Assembly: GCA_963803435.1 (NCBI GenBank) | Contig: CAWDML010000001.1 | Span: 960,001 to 1,024,000, forward strand | Source of the DNA: an uncultured delta proteobacterium | GTDB lineage: Bacteria > Myxococcota > Kuafuiibacteriia > Kuafuiibacteriales > Kuafuiibacteriaceae | Direction of reading: 5' to 3' | Length of the DNA: 64,000 bases | In this document: one piece after another, positions 39,720 through 49,918 of the stretch | How positions within the stretch are numbered: position 1 is the stretch's first letter | Layout: each line of letters begins with the position of its first letter | Made by a program: the position numbers and the translations under genes | Notes under the pieces: model-generated | Told to the model about the DNA's origin: nothing | What the model saw: the letters and a program-made list of their open reading frames with translations, nothing else | Databases searched by the model: none

Positions 39720-40736
39720 TCAGACCTGCAAGGAACCCGCGACGATGGCCCGACAGTCCTGGAGCATCCCGAACGCGGCGTCGTCGATCCCGGAGGTACG
39801 CTGGAGCATCGTGAAGGAGTGCCCGTGGTCCGTGTCGATGATGACGCCGCCCGCGGGCCCTCGGAGCGGATACAGCGGGTCCCCCGGCTCGAGCGCGATC
39901 GGCTCCACGGTGGCCCGGGCGATCTGCCCGTCGTCGCGGCGCTCCACCTCGCCGACCAGCCGGTAGTGGGCGCCGTGCTCCGCCGACTCGCGGATCTTCT
40001 CGTCCTTGATGGCGTCGCAGCCCGTGCGCGCCACGTCGACGACGCGGAGGGCACCGCCCATCCAGACGTTGGCGAGGAGCGCGACCTTGGCCGCGGCGTC
40101 CCAGCCGTCGAGATCGAGGACGCTGTCGGCTTCCGCGATCCCCTGCGCCTGGGCACGGGCCAGCCCCCGCGAGCGCGTGGAGCCGACCTGCACCGACTCG
40201 AGCACGACCGAGGAGGTCGAGTTGAAGACGCCGCGGACCCGCGTGACGTTCACGTCCGGGAGGTGGCTCATCAGGGTGAAGAGCGGGAGGCCGTCGAGCA
40301 CCGTAGCCTCGAAGCGGAACTGCACGCCGGCCTTGGCCGCGCGATGACGAAGGTCCCGGTAGCCCAGCACGATGGGCGCCTTGTTCGAGGTGACGACGTG
40401 GATGCCCATGTCGAGGGCGGTTCGAAGATAGGTCAACGACGGCTCGCCGCTCCGAATGTTCTGCGGGATGCACTCGATGATGACGTTCGGCTCGGCAACC
40501 TCCAGGAGGCGCTTGAAGTCCTCGGGCGCCGAATCGCCGAGGCCGTCGGACTCGACCATGTTGACGGCGAGCGAGGGATCGATGCCGGAGGTCTGGAGCA
40601 AGCGACCGTGGTGCGCGGTGATCACGCCGACCAGATCGATCGGCCCGCCCTTGTCGCGGAGCCGGCGCAGGAAGGCGCGCCCCAGGGATCCAGCGCCCAG
40701 GAGTACGGCTCGGAGACGGTCGACCTTCGCGCTCAC
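39720..40736 (-). CDS. hom: Homoserine dehydrogenase, short form
   Basis: GAGSLG, HVVTSNKAP, FEATVLDGLP, GIAEAD..DLDGWDAAAK. Confidence 0.9.
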   Translation of the reverse strand: MSAKVDRLRAVLLGAGSLGRAFLRRLRDKGGPIDLVGVITAHHGRLLQTSGIDPSLAVNMVESDGLGDSAPEDFKRLLEVAEPNVIIECIPQNIRSGEPSLTYLRTALDMGIHVVTSNKAPIVLGYRDLRHRAAKAGVQFRFEATVLDGLPLFTLMSHLPDVNVTRVRGVFNSTSSVVLESVQVGSTRSRGLARAQAQGIAEADSVLDLDGWDAAAKVALLANVWMGGALRVVDVARTGCDAIKDEKIRESAEHGAHYRLVGEVERRDDGQIARATVEPIALEPGDPLYPLRGPAGGVIIDTDHGHSFTMLQRTSGIDDAAFGMLQDCRAIVAGSLQV

Positions 40737-40839
40737 GGGCTCGGGTCTTACCGTAATCCGAGTCGCTTCAACAGTGTTTTTCGCGTGGCACGACTTCGCC
40801 TCACTGGACTCGCACGCCACCACGGGTCATGGATTCAGC

Positions 40840-41436
40840 ATGCAGACGACGCTGCGTACCCTCGCCCACCTCTCGGCGCTGCTCGCGCTCGCGGCCTCGG
40901 GTGCCGGTTGCAAGGAGGCCCAGGCCCGCACCAAGGGGGTCGGAGACAGTCTCCAGCCGTTCATCGTGATGAACTGCGAGAGCGGCGATCGCTACTGCCA
41001 GATCTGTGCGTACGGCGGCAAGCCGAAGATCATGGTGGTGGCCGACATGGATGACGCGAAGGTGGAGGCGGATCTGATGCGGGTGCAGAAGCTGGTGGAC
41101 GCGCACCAGGCCCAGGGTCTGGTGGCCTTCGCGCTGTTCGGGGAGATCGAGAACGGCGCCTTCAAGCCCGTCGCCGACGACGCCGCAGCAGCCATGAAGC
41201 TCAAAGAGATGCGAGAGCGCTTGAAGCTCACCTATCCGGTGACGCTGGTGCCGAGCTCGTACACCGAGCGAGAGACGAAGGGCTACACGCCGTTCATCTC
41301 GTCGTACGAGATCCCGACCAGCCGTCGCGTCTTGTTCGCGGACATTTCCAACCGGATCAAGTTCGCCGAGACGATCCAGGACGCGCAGGCCGACGCCCAG
41401 TTCGCGCGCCTCGATGCGGAGCTCGCCAAGCTTTGA
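40840..41436 (+). CDS. Thioredoxin-fold-like lipoprotein (CQIC)
   Basis: Lipobox GAGC; VGDSLQPF..RYCQICAYGGKPKIMVV. Confidence 0.6.
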   Translation: MQTTLRTLAHLSALLALAASGAGCKEAQARTKGVGDSLQPFIVMNCESGDRYCQICAYGGKPKIMVVADMDDAKVEADLMRVQKLVDAHQAQGLVAFALFGEIENGAFKPVADDAAAAMKLKEMRERLKLTYPVTLVPSSYTERETKGYTPFISSYEIPTSRRVLFADISNRIKFAETIQDAQADAQFARLDAELAKL

Positions 41437-41981
41437 GCTCGACGGCCGGATCACTCCGGGGAGTGCCGCTGCTGCTCCTCCTCGGCTGCCCGGCCGATCC
41501 GACGCCCGCGGTCACGCTCCCAAAACCCGATCCGGCTCAGCTGGAGCAGTGGAACCGGCTGGTCCGCGGGATGCGCATGGACCTGATGGACGACTCGGGG
41601 AAGATCGTGCGGGAGCATGTGACCGTGCTGGAGCTCCGCAGCACCACCCAGCCCACTGTGATCGCGCTGTGGGCGAGCTACTGTCCGCCCTGCCTCGAGG
41701 AGATGACGATGCTCGACTCCCTGCACGGCCAAAGCACCGTGATCGGCGTGTCGCTCGACGCCGAGGACGTCGAGGCCGCGGCTCGCGCGGTCGCCGAACG
41801 GTCTCCCGGCTATCCGCAAGGTATCTTGCTGCCATGGTCGGCGAGGCGGGTCGGGCGCGCGCTCCCCGAAGGAGTTCCCTTCACGCTGGTCCTCGATCGC
41901 GAGGGGAAGGTCCGGCACTTCTTCCCGCATGCGACCACGAAAGCGCTCCTGGAGGCGGCCATCGAGGCGGCGCGCTCGTGA
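41433..41981 (+). CDS. TlpA-family thiol-disulfide reductase lipoprotein
   Basis: LWASYCPPCLEEM, VIGVSLD, GVPFTLVLDREG. Confidence 0.9.
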   Translation: MSSTAGSLRGVPLLLLLGCPADPTPAVTLPKPDPAQLEQWNRLVRGMRMDLMDDSGKIVREHVTVLELRSTTQPTVIALWASYCPPCLEEMTMLDSLHGQSTVIGVSLDAEDVEAAARAVAERSPGYPQGILLPWSARRVGRALPEGVPFTLVLDREGKVRHFFPHATTKALLEAAIEAARS

Positions 41982-41997
41982 GGTATGATGGGAGGCC

Positions 41998-42777
41998 GTG
42001 GTCGCGTATCAACCGCCCGATGAAGTGATGCTGGCGGTCGGCTCCGCGTTCAAGGCGGACCCGCTGCTCCACGCCGCCGATCGGATTCGCACCATCGCCC
42101 GGCACGACGTCGAAGACCTGGCGGCCTACGGCGTGACCGGCGAGGACGTCGACAACCTCGAGAAGCAGATCCGCGAGGTCAAGCGCACCATGGCGGATCC
42201 GCGCTCACAGAAGAACGACACGCCGCTGCAGATGGCCGAGGTCGCCCTGACGATGTCGAAGATCCGCGGCTGGATGAAGACCTTGCGGATGATGGCGTCG
42301 ATCAACCTCGCCCTCGACACGCCCGCGCTGGAGCGGATCTCCAGCGCAGCGACCGAGGTGATCGAGGGCTACCCGCGCGACCTGCTGGTCGAGCTCAAGC
42401 ACAAGCTGAACGCGGCCGCGGATCTGAAGCCGCGGCTCGAGGATGTCGGGCTCACCGATACGTTCGTGTCGCGAGGGCGCCGGCTGGCGTCGCAGCTCGA
42501 GACGGCCATCGGAAAGAGCGACGTCGACGGGGACAGCCTGCACCTCACAGTGCGCCGCCTCTACATGCGGAAGGCGCAGCTCTATCTGACGCTCAAACGC
42601 ATCACGCGTGCAGGCCAGCTTGCGTTCATCAGCCATCCGCCCCAGGCGGGCGCGTACCACCTCGACGAGATCGAGCCGGTCTCGATCGAGGATCCGCGCC
42701 GCGGGAAGGCGGGCGCAAAAGCACACCTCTCCGCCTCGACGATGCCGGCGATCACCCGGCGCCCGGGACGGCCTTGA
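41998..42777 (+). CDS. Hypothetical helical protein
   Basis: GGAGG RBS and strong coding bias. Confidence 0.75.
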   Translation: MVAYQPPDEVMLAVGSAFKADPLLHAADRIRTIARHDVEDLAAYGVTGEDVDNLEKQIREVKRTMADPRSQKNDTPLQMAEVALTMSKIRGWMKTLRMMASINLALDTPALERISSAATEVIEGYPRDLLVELKHKLNAAADLKPRLEDVGLTDTFVSRGRRLASQLETAIGKSDVDGDSLHLTVRRLYMRKAQLYLTLKRITRAGQLAFISHPPQAGAYHLDEIEPVSIEDPRRGKAGAKAHLSASTMPAITRRPGRP

Positions 42778-42813
42778 CCCCACTCCGGGGGCAGGCAATG
42801 CTCCCGCGCTGGT

Positions 42814-43461
42814 ATGAAGCTCCTCCCGATCTTCGCTTCGACCGTCGCGATCGCCCTCGCAGGATGTGCGACCCAATCCGGCCAGACCAAGGGCCAGGCC
42901 CAGGCGAAGAAGCCGGCCGAGAAGCACCCGGTCGCCGGCGGAGAGACCGGCGCGACGGACGACGTGCGCACCTCGGACATCGACAACGACGGCCGGCCCG
43001 AGGTCTACAAGTACTACAGCCGCATCGATGATCCCGATCGCCCCGGCGAGAAGAAGACCCAGCTCACTCGCCAGGATCTCGACCTCAACTGGGACGGGAA
43101 GATCGACATCTGGCGCTACTTCGACGCCAAGGGGAAGGTCGAGCGCGAGGAGTGGGACACCGACTACGACGGCAAGGTCGACGAGACCCGCTTCTTCGAG
43201 AACGGTGTCATCGCGCGGGTGGAACGCGACCGCAACAACGACGGCCGGCCGGACATGATCCGCTACTACAAGGCCGGCAAGTTGGAGCGGAAGGAGAGCG
43301 ACACCAACGGCGACGGACAGGTCGACCGATGGGAGTACTTCACTGGTCGCACGCTCGATTGCGTCGGCGTCGACAAGGACCACGACGGTTCGGTCGACAC
43401 CTGGGCCAAGGCGCAGGCGGACGCGCGCGGCGAGCCTACGCCCGACAGCCCCTCCGAATAG
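42814..43461 (+). CDS. Lipoprotein with repeated DxDxDG (Ca-binding-like) motifs
   Basis: Lipobox LAGC; six DxN/DxDG..D repeats. Confidence 0.8.
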   Translation: MKLLPIFASTVAIALAGCATQSGQTKGQAQAKKPAEKHPVAGGETGATDDVRTSDIDNDGRPEVYKYYSRIDDPDRPGEKKTQLTRQDLDLNWDGKIDIWRYFDAKGKVEREEWDTDYDGKVDETRFFENGVIARVERDRNNDGRPDMIRYYKAGKLERKESDTNGDGQVDRWEYFTGRTLDCVGVDKDHDGSVDTWAKAQADARGEPTPDSPSE

Positions 43462-43467
43462 CCGGCC

Positions 43468-44190
43468 TCAAGGCCGCAACAGCTCCTTCATGAACAGCGC
43501 GAACGTGTGTCGTTCGTTCCACTCGCGGCGCGTCTTGCCGTACAGGCCGGGCGCTGCCAGATCCTCTTCCGTATAGCGGGCGCCGAACGCCTTCTCGGCG
43601 TAGATCGCGACCGCCTCCTCCACCCAGCGACGGCTGCGGTAGACCGGCAGCAGCGCTCGATCGATGTCCTCGCGCTCCTTCTGGGTGAACGCCAGGAAGT
43701 GCACCGCGTGGGTCATCTCGTGGATCATCAGGTGGGATCGGGAGAGGATCTCCTCCTCGCGCAGGCCGAGGCGGGCGCGATCCTCCCGCGCGCTGGTCCA
43801 GAAGATCCCAGCCGCGTCCGGGTTCGTGTGGCGCGGGAAGCCGAGCTCGCGGAAGTCGCGCCCCTTGGGGACCACCACCAGGTCGATCGGCTTGGCGGCC
43901 AGCATGCGGCGGCAGATCGCGGGATTGCCGCCCAGAACCCGAAGGACGCCGGCGAGCGAGGCGTCGCGCTCCTCCCGCGCGATCCGCTTGGCGTGGAGGC
44001 GCAGGCGCTCGGCGGCGTACTCGGACATCAGCGACGGCTCGGTGCGCGGCGGCGGCTGGCGACGCTGGAAGAGATCACCGCCGCGGAGGATCGAGAAGGC
44101 AGAGAGCGCCAGCTCGGGCGGGATCGAGGCCTCGAACAGGCTGGGGCTGCGCTCCTCACCAGGGCCGATGAACTCGTCGAGAGAGATCAC
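43468..44190 (-). CDS. Putative zincin metallopeptidase
   Basis: HLMIHEMTHAVH followed by EEAVA; GTGA coupling to the upstream gene. Confidence 0.65.
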   Translation of the reverse strand: MISLDEFIGPGEERSPSLFEASIPPELALSAFSILRGGDLFQRRQPPPRTEPSLMSEYAAERLRLHAKRIAREERDASLAGVLRVLGGNPAICRRMLAAKPIDLVVVPKGRDFRELGFPRHTNPDAAGIFWTSAREDRARLGLREEEILSRSHLMIHEMTHAVHFLAFTQKEREDIDRALLPVYRSRRWVEEAVAIYAEKAFGARYTEEDLAAPGLYGKTRREWNERHTFALFMKELLRP

Positions 44191-44645
44191 GTCCGCATGA
44201 TGATGCGCTTGGCGGTGGGGAGCTCGGTGTTCTCGACGCCGATGTGGATGAACCCCTTGTTCGGGTAGTAGACGGCCTCGTGGACGGGAAGCCCGCCGCT
44301 GCGGGAGCTCAGCGTGATCCACTCGTACACGCTCTCGAGGTCGACCTCTTCCCCGGGCTGGATGTCGGCGGCACAGCCGAACAGATGCAGCGACTCGATC
44401 GATGCGGGGAGCCCGGCGTTGCGGCAGGCCTCGTTGAGGCGCTCGTCTCGATAGCCGGAGAGCACCGTCCAGACGGGCGGAAACTGGTCGACGATGCGAT
44501 CGAGCAACGCGGTCAGTCGGGTGAGGTTCTCGAGGCACTTCGGCTCAGGATCGAGCTGCCGGGCCAGGTCCGGAAAGGTCGCGTCGACGAGCAGATCGCC
44601 GAGCACGTAATGCTTCGACAGTCGAAGCGTGCGATCGGCCGCCAT
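44187..44645 (-). CDS. Peptidase M15A (D-Ala-D-Ala carboxypeptidase-type)
   Basis: SGYRD..LN..SLHLFGCAADI..FIHIG. Confidence 0.88.
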   Translation of the reverse strand: MAADRTLRLSKHYVLGDLLVDATFPDLARQLDPEPKCLENLTRLTALLDRIVDQFPPVWTVLSGYRDERLNEACRNAGLPASIESLHLFGCAADIQPGEEVDLESVYEWITLSSRSGGLPVHEAVYYPNKGFIHIGVENTELPTAKRIIMRT

Positions 44646-44652
44646 CCTGTCC

Positions 44653-44856
44653 TCACATGTCCTTGTTGACCCGACCGGACTGGGCGCGGCGCTTCGCGTG
44701 CTGGAACATCTGCGAGACGAAGGTATGGACGCCGACGTCCTCGAGGGCCTCGAAGTTCAGCTCGCCCTTGTTCACGAGCTCCTTGGTCGCCTCGTAGAAG
44801 GTCATCTCGGGGTTCGCGAGCAGGAGCTCGTCCATGGCCATCTGGAGCTCTTCCAC
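44653..44856 (-). CDS. Small hypothetical protein
   Basis: Coding-like 67-aa ORF between the M23 and M15 genes. Confidence 0.55.
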   Translation of the reverse strand: MEELQMAMDELLLANPEMTFYEATKELVNKGELNFEALEDVGVHTFVSQMFQHAKRRAQSGRVNKDM

Positions 44857-44898
44857 GGCGGCCGGACGCTAACCGATCGCCCTCGTCCGAACAAGAAG

Positions 44899-45819
44899 TC
44901 AGTTGTTGGTGGAGCGGGCCACCGCGGGGACCGGGGTCACGAACGCAGGGTGGCCCTTCAGCTCCAAGCCGAGGAGCGTCTCGGGGTCGACGTACATCGA
45001 GCGCGGCTCACCCTTCCTCGACCCGGACAGGCGCACGCTTCGCACCACCACCGCGAGGTGAAGGTGCGGCCCGGTGACACGTCCCGTCTGGCCGACCTCG
45101 CCCAGGACGTCGCCCTGCTTCACCAGTTCGCCCACCTTCGCCAGCCGCTTCGACATGTGGAAGTACATGGTGAAAAGGCCCCCGCCGTGGTCCAAGACCA
45201 CCGTTCCGCCGCTGGCCCACCGCAGCGCGGAGAGGACCACCCGGCCGTCGGCGACCGCGTGGATGGGGTCGCCGGTCTTGCCGTCGAGATCGAGCCCGTA
45301 GTGCGTGCTCTTCTTCTTGCCGTTGAAGGTGCGCTGGACGCCGAACGGCGAGGTGCGCACACCGGGGAGCGGAGGCTGGATCTTGCCCACGAACTTCGGG
45401 GTGGTGGGGGCGCGCTTCCACAGATCGGTGAGCTGCCGGGCCTCTCGACGCAACCTGGCTTGCAGCGCCGCCGGCTTCCTGGCGGTGAAGCGACTGCTCA
45501 CGCTCAGCTCCGACGTCAGCCAGGTGCGATCGACGATCTCCAGCATGACGTCCTGCTCTTCGGTACCCGCGACGACCCGGACCGGATACTTGCCGGGCTT
45601 GATGTCCATCGGGATCGGCGCCACGCCGCGCAGGAACCCGGCCGACACTCGGTGCAGCGTGACCTCGTAGCCCAGCACCTGGACGACGCCGCGATCGACG
45701 CTGACGTCGGTGTCCTGGAGGTAGATGAGCACGGGATCGCCGAGCCGGGGCGCGGCCGGATCGAACGTCACGGCCGTCGCCGACTGCGCGATGCAGAGTG
45801 AGAGCAGCGCGGTCAGCAC
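44899..45819 (-). CDS. M23 family metallopeptidase
   Basis: HYGLD, YFHMS, GRVTGPHLH. Confidence 0.93.
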   Translation of the reverse strand: MLTALLSLCIAQSATAVTFDPAAPRLGDPVLIYLQDTDVSVDRGVVQVLGYEVTLHRVSAGFLRGVAPIPMDIKPGKYPVRVVAGTEEQDVMLEIVDRTWLTSELSVSSRFTARKPAALQARLRREARQLTDLWKRAPTTPKFVGKIQPPLPGVRTSPFGVQRTFNGKKKSTHYGLDLDGKTGDPIHAVADGRVVLSALRWASGGTVVLDHGGGLFTMYFHMSKRLAKVGELVKQGDVLGEVGQTGRVTGPHLHLAVVVRSVRLSGSRKGEPRSMYVDPETLLGLELKGHPAFVTPVPAVARSTNN

Positions 45820-45822
45820 CGG

Positions 45823-46701
45823 CTACACCCGCGCATTCGCCCGGATGGCCGCGAGGATGTCACGGGTCGCCGTCGACTTGTTGAGCGTATAGAAGTGGAC
45901 GCCCGGGGCGCCCCCCTGGATCAGACCGAGACACTGGATGGTGGCGTGCACGACGCCGAGCTCGTAGACACGCTCCGGCTGGTCGGCCAGGCGATCGAGC
46001 TGGGCCGCAAGGCGCTCGGGGATGGAGGCGCCGCACAGCTTGGTGAAACGCTTGATCTGATCGACGTTCTGGATCGGCATGATGCCGGGGATGATCGGGA
46101 TGTTGATCCCGGTGGCGCGCGCGCGATCGACGAAGTCGAAGTAGCAGCGGTTGTCGAAAAACAGCTGCGTGATGAGAAACTGCACACCGGCGTCGACCTT
46201 GCGCTTCAGGTTCGCCAGGTCCTGATAGGACGAGGCCGCCTCGACGTGCTTCTCCGGATAGCAGGCGCCGCCGAGGCAGAAGTCCCAGCGGTCGCGCACG
46301 AACGAGGTGAGCTCGTTGGCATAGGCGAAGCCACCCTCGGTGGCAGAGAAGCGGTCCTGCCCCTGGGGCGGATCGCCGCGAAGCGCGAGGACGTTCCGGA
46401 TGCCGCCCGCCCACAGGTCGTCGAGGACGGCGCCGAGGTCATCCTTGGTCGAGCCGACGCAGGTCAGGTGGGCCATCGCCTCGATCCCGAGCTCGCTCCG
46501 GATGCGGCGGGTGAGCTCGACCGTCTTCGTGCGCGTGGATCCGCCGGCCCCGTAGGTCACCGACACGAAGGTGGGGCGCAGCTCCTTGAGATCCTCGAGA
46601 GCCGACCACAGCTTCTCCTCGCCGTCCGGGGTCTTCGGAGGAGAAAACTCAAACGAGAAGATCGGATAGTCCGCGCCCTGGAGCGCTTCGATGATCCGCA
46701 C
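45823..46701 (-). CDS. metF: 5,10-methylenetetrahydrofolate reductase
   Basis: SFEFSPPK, SVTYGAGG, AHLTC, LRGDPP, ITQLFFDN, HFYTLN. Confidence 0.97.
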   Translation of the reverse strand: MRIIEALQGADYPIFSFEFSPPKTPDGEEKLWSALEDLKELRPTFVSVTYGAGGSTRTKTVELTRRIRSELGIEAMAHLTCVGSTKDDLGAVLDDLWAGGIRNVLALRGDPPQGQDRFSATEGGFAYANELTSFVRDRWDFCLGGACYPEKHVEAASSYQDLANLKRKVDAGVQFLITQLFFDNRCYFDFVDRARATGINIPIIPGIMPIQNVDQIKRFTKLCGASIPERLAAQLDRLADQPERVYELGVVHATIQCLGLIQGGAPGVHFYTLNKSTATRDILAAIRANARV

Positions 46702-46830
46702 GCCATCGAACGTCGACCGTGACAATCGCGAGGTCAAGAGGCCAGGTACGCGCGAACGGGAGGACGGCCACGAGAAACCATGGGTTCCACCTCGGTCGAT
46801 GCTCCGGCCCCACCCGGCCGGTCCGGTCGC

Positions 46831-48072
46831 TCACGGCTTCGCGCGCATCTCGTCGAGACGGCGCTGGAGATAGGAGCGCGTGGGTGCGTTCTCCGCCAGC
46901 GCGAGCGCCCGGCGATAGGCTTCGGCGGCCTCGGGGTAGGACCCGTTCCGCCGTAGGAGATCGGCCTTGGCCGCGAAGAACGACAGGTAACCCTCGAGCT
47001 GACCGCACGCCTCCAACCTCGCCAGGATCTCGAGACCGGCCTTCGGCCCGGTCGCCATCGCTACCGCCACCGCGTAGTTGAGCTCGATCGTCGGCGACGG
47101 GGACATCGCGTGGAGCGCCCGGTAGAGCCCGGCGATCTGCGGCCAGTCGGTCGACTCGGGGCGCTCGGCTTCCGCATGCAGCGCCGCGATGGCAGCCTGG
47201 ATCTGGTAGGGCCCCGCTCGCCGCATCTCGAGCGCGCGTCGCACCAGCTTCCTCCCCTCCTCGATCTGCTCGCGCTTCCACAGCGTCCGGTCCTGCGCCT
47301 CCAGCAGGATCAGCTCACCCTCGGCGTCCGTCCGAGCGTCGCTGCGCGAGTCGTGGAGAACCATGAGCGCCAGCAGGCCCAGCACCTCCGGCTCCCTGGG
47401 CATCAGGCCGGCGAGGACCCAGCCCAGGCGGATCGCGTCGCGGCACAGCTCGCGCCTCACCACGGCTGCACCCACGCTCGCCGAGTAGCCCTCGTTGAAG
47501 ATGAGATACACGACGGCAAGCACCGCCTCGAGACGCTCGGGCAGCGCGCTCGCCTGCGGCACCGCATACGGGATCCCCGCGTCCTTGATCTTCCTCTTCG
47601 CGCGCACCAGGCGCTGCGCGAGCGTGGCCTCGGGGATGAGAAAGGCGCGCGCGATCTCCGGCGTCTCCAGGCCCCCCAGCGTCCGCAACGTCAACGCCAC
47701 CTGCGCCTCGAGAGACAGCGCGGGATGGCAGCAGGTGAAGATCAGCCGCAGCTGATCGTCGGGGACGGCCTCGACGTCGTCCGGTGACGGCGAGGACCGG
47801 CTGATGCCCGCGATCGCCGCGACCACCTCACGATGCTTCTCGACCGTCTTCGCCCGCCGCACGCCGTCGAGCGCGCGATGGCGGGCCGCCGTCATCAACC
47901 AGGCGCCTGGATTGTCCGGGGTCGCGTCTTGCCAGTGCTCGAGCGCCGACACCAACGCATCCTGCAGCGCGTCCTCGGCGCGCTGGAAGTCGCCACCGAG
48001 GATCCGGATCAAGGTGGCGAGCACCGCGCCGGACTCGCGCTTGAAGACGGACTCGATCGCCTGCCGCGACAC
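46831..48072 (-). CDS. ECF sigma factor with C-terminal TPR extension (ECF42/DUF6596 type)
   Basis: [48 protein letters not shown]. Confidence 0.93.
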   Translation of the reverse strand: MSRQAIESVFKRESGAVLATLIRILGGDFQRAEDALQDALVSALEHWQDATPDNPGAWLMTAARHRALDGVRRAKTVEKHREVVAAIAGISRSSPSPDDVEAVPDDQLRLIFTCCHPALSLEAQVALTLRTLGGLETPEIARAFLIPEATLAQRLVRAKRKIKDAGIPYAVPQASALPERLEAVLAVVYLIFNEGYSASVGAAVVRRELCRDAIRLGWVLAGLMPREPEVLGLLALMVLHDSRSDARTDAEGELILLEAQDRTLWKREQIEEGRKLVRRALEMRRAGPYQIQAAIAALHAEAERPESTDWPQIAGLYRALHAMSPSPTIELNYAVAVAMATGPKAGLEILARLEACGQLEGYLSFFAAKADLLRRNGSYPEAAEAYRRALALAENAPTRSYLQRRLDEMRAKP

Positions 48073-48081
48073 GCCGACAGC

Positions 48082-48432
48082 CTAGTCGAACTTCATGATC
48101 GGACGCACCTCGACGGTACCGTGCTCCGCCGCTGGGATCTCCGCGGCGAGCTTCAGGGCCTGGTCGAGATCCTTGCAGTCGAGGAGGTAGAAGCCGCCCA
48201 GCTGCTCCTTCGTCTCGGCGAAGGGACCGTCCGTCGTCATCATCTTGCCGTTCTTCACGCGCACCGAGGTCGCGCTGCTGATCGACTGCAGCGCCTCGCC
48301 GCCGAGGTACACTCCGAGCTCCTTCACCTTCTGGGTGAACGCGTAGTAGCGCCCCATGTTCTTCTCGCGCGCCTCGGGCGTCATCGAGCCGTCGGCCTTC
48401 TCGTTCGTGTAGATGAGCAAAAGGTACTGCAT
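48082..48432 (-). CDS. YciI/DGPF family protein
   Basis: [17 protein letters not shown]; usual partner of ECF42. Confidence 0.93.
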   Translation of the reverse strand: MQYLLLIYTNEKADGSMTPEAREKNMGRYYAFTQKVKELGVYLGGEALQSISSATSVRVKNGKMMTTDGPFAETKEQLGGFYLLDCKDLDQALKLAAEIPAAEHGTVEVRPIMKFD

Positions 48433-48564
48433 GTCTTCCTCGCCTCCTCCCCGTCGACGTCCGAGGGAACCGGGATTCGACAACGGATGAAGATTTTTTG
48501 CTCTGCGGATCCCAAGCGGTCGAAATCCTTTGATTGTTTCGGCGACCTTCGTAGTGTTGGAGCC

Positions 48565-49878
48565 ATGGGCTTCCGCGCTCGGTTCCGGTGCTCCGACGGC
48601 TGCTCGGAGACGACGTACGATCTCTTCTCGGTCCGATACCGCTGCCCCGAATGCGGGGGCCTCCTCGACGTCGTCCACGACACCGAGGCGCTCCGGTCTC
48701 GTCCCTCCGCCGAGTGGAAGGCGCTGTTCGACGCACGGTTGGCACGGACGACCTGGCCGTACGGCTCAGGCGTCTGGGGCAAGAAGGAGTGGGTTCTTCC
48801 GGAGCTGCAGGACCAGAACGTGGTGTCGCTGTTCGAGGGCAACAGCAACATGTTCTGGGCCGAGCGGCTGGGACAGGAGCTCGGCGTGCCCGATCTCTGG
48901 GTGAAGCTATGCGGCAACTCCCACACCGGCTCGTTCAAGGATCTGGGCATGACCGTGCTGATGTCGGCCGTCCGCGAGATGCGTGCGCGCGGCGTCCCGA
49001 TCGAGGCCGTCGCCTGCGCCTCCACCGGGGACACCTCGGCGGCACTCGCCGCCTACGGCGCGGCGGCGGGGATCCAGACCGTGGTGTTCCTGCCCAAGGG
49101 AAAGATCACGACGGCCCAGCTGATCCAACCGCTCGCCCACGGCGCGAAGGTCCTGGAGATCGACAGCGACTTCGACGGCTGCATGCGGCTGGTCAAGGCG
49201 ATCTGCGAGGCAGAGGGAAGCACGGTCTATCTCGCAAACTCGATGAACGCGCTCCGGATCGAGGGGCAGAAGACCGTCGCCATCGAGATCGCTCAGCAGT
49301 TCGAGTGGGCCGCGCCCGACTGGGTGATCATCCCGGGGGGCAACCTGGGCAACGTCTCGGCCCTGGGTGCCGGGTTCGATCTCATGATCGAGACGGGCCT
49401 GATCGACCGCCGGCCGCGGATCTGCGTGGCGCAGGCCGAGCGGGCCAATCCGCTCTACCGGGCCTTCGCGGCGGGCCGCCGGGAGGTGGAGCCGATCGTC
49501 GCCCAAGAGACGGCGGCCAGCGCGATCCGAATCGGCAATCCCGTCTCTGCGCGGCGCGCCGTCCGCGTGCTCGAGCGTTTCGAGGGCGTCGTCGAGCAGG
49601 CCACCGAGCGCGAGCTGGCAGAGGCGGCCGCACGCGGAGACCGGACCGGCCTGTTCAACTGCCCGCACACCGGGGTGGCGCTGGCTGCGCTGGAGAAGCT
49701 GATCGCGCGCGGTCTCGTCACCCGCGACCAGCGGGTGATCGTCATTTCGACCGCGCATGGGTTGAAGTTCTCCGAGTTCAAGACTGCGTATCACTCGGGC
49801 GCGGACGGTGCGCACCGAAACGCACCCGTCGGCGTGGCCGCCTCCGAGGACGCCGTGCGGCGCGCGCTCGGCCTCTGA
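48565..49878 (+). CDS. thrC: Threonine synthase
   Basis: [35 protein letters not shown]. Confidence 0.96.
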   Translation: MGFRARFRCSDGCSETTYDLFSVRYRCPECGGLLDVVHDTEALRSRPSAEWKALFDARLARTTWPYGSGVWGKKEWVLPELQDQNVVSLFEGNSNMFWAERLGQELGVPDLWVKLCGNSHTGSFKDLGMTVLMSAVREMRARGVPIEAVACASTGDTSAALAAYGAAAGIQTVVFLPKGKITTAQLIQPLAHGAKVLEIDSDFDGCMRLVKAICEAEGSTVYLANSMNALRIEGQKTVAIEIAQQFEWAAPDWVIIPGGNLGNVSALGAGFDLMIETGLIDRRPRICVAQAERANPLYRAFAAGRREVEPIVAQETAASAIRIGNPVSARRAVRVLERFEGVVEQATERELAEAAARGDRTGLFNCPHTGVALAALEKLIARGLVTRDQRVIVISTAHGLKFSEFKTAYHSGADGAHRNAPVGVAASEDAVRRALGL

Positions 49879-49918
49879 CTTCGAATCGGTTCGAACCCTT
49901 GCTATCGTGGATGGGTCG

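Noticed and set aside
46702-46830. SAM/SAH riboswitch upstream of metF
   Set aside because: No recognisable conserved riboswitch core in the short intergenic region.
47833-48564. N-terminal extension of threonine synthase
   Set aside because: It overlaps the ECF and YciI genes on the opposite strand; the true start is ATG 48565 with a GGAG RBS.
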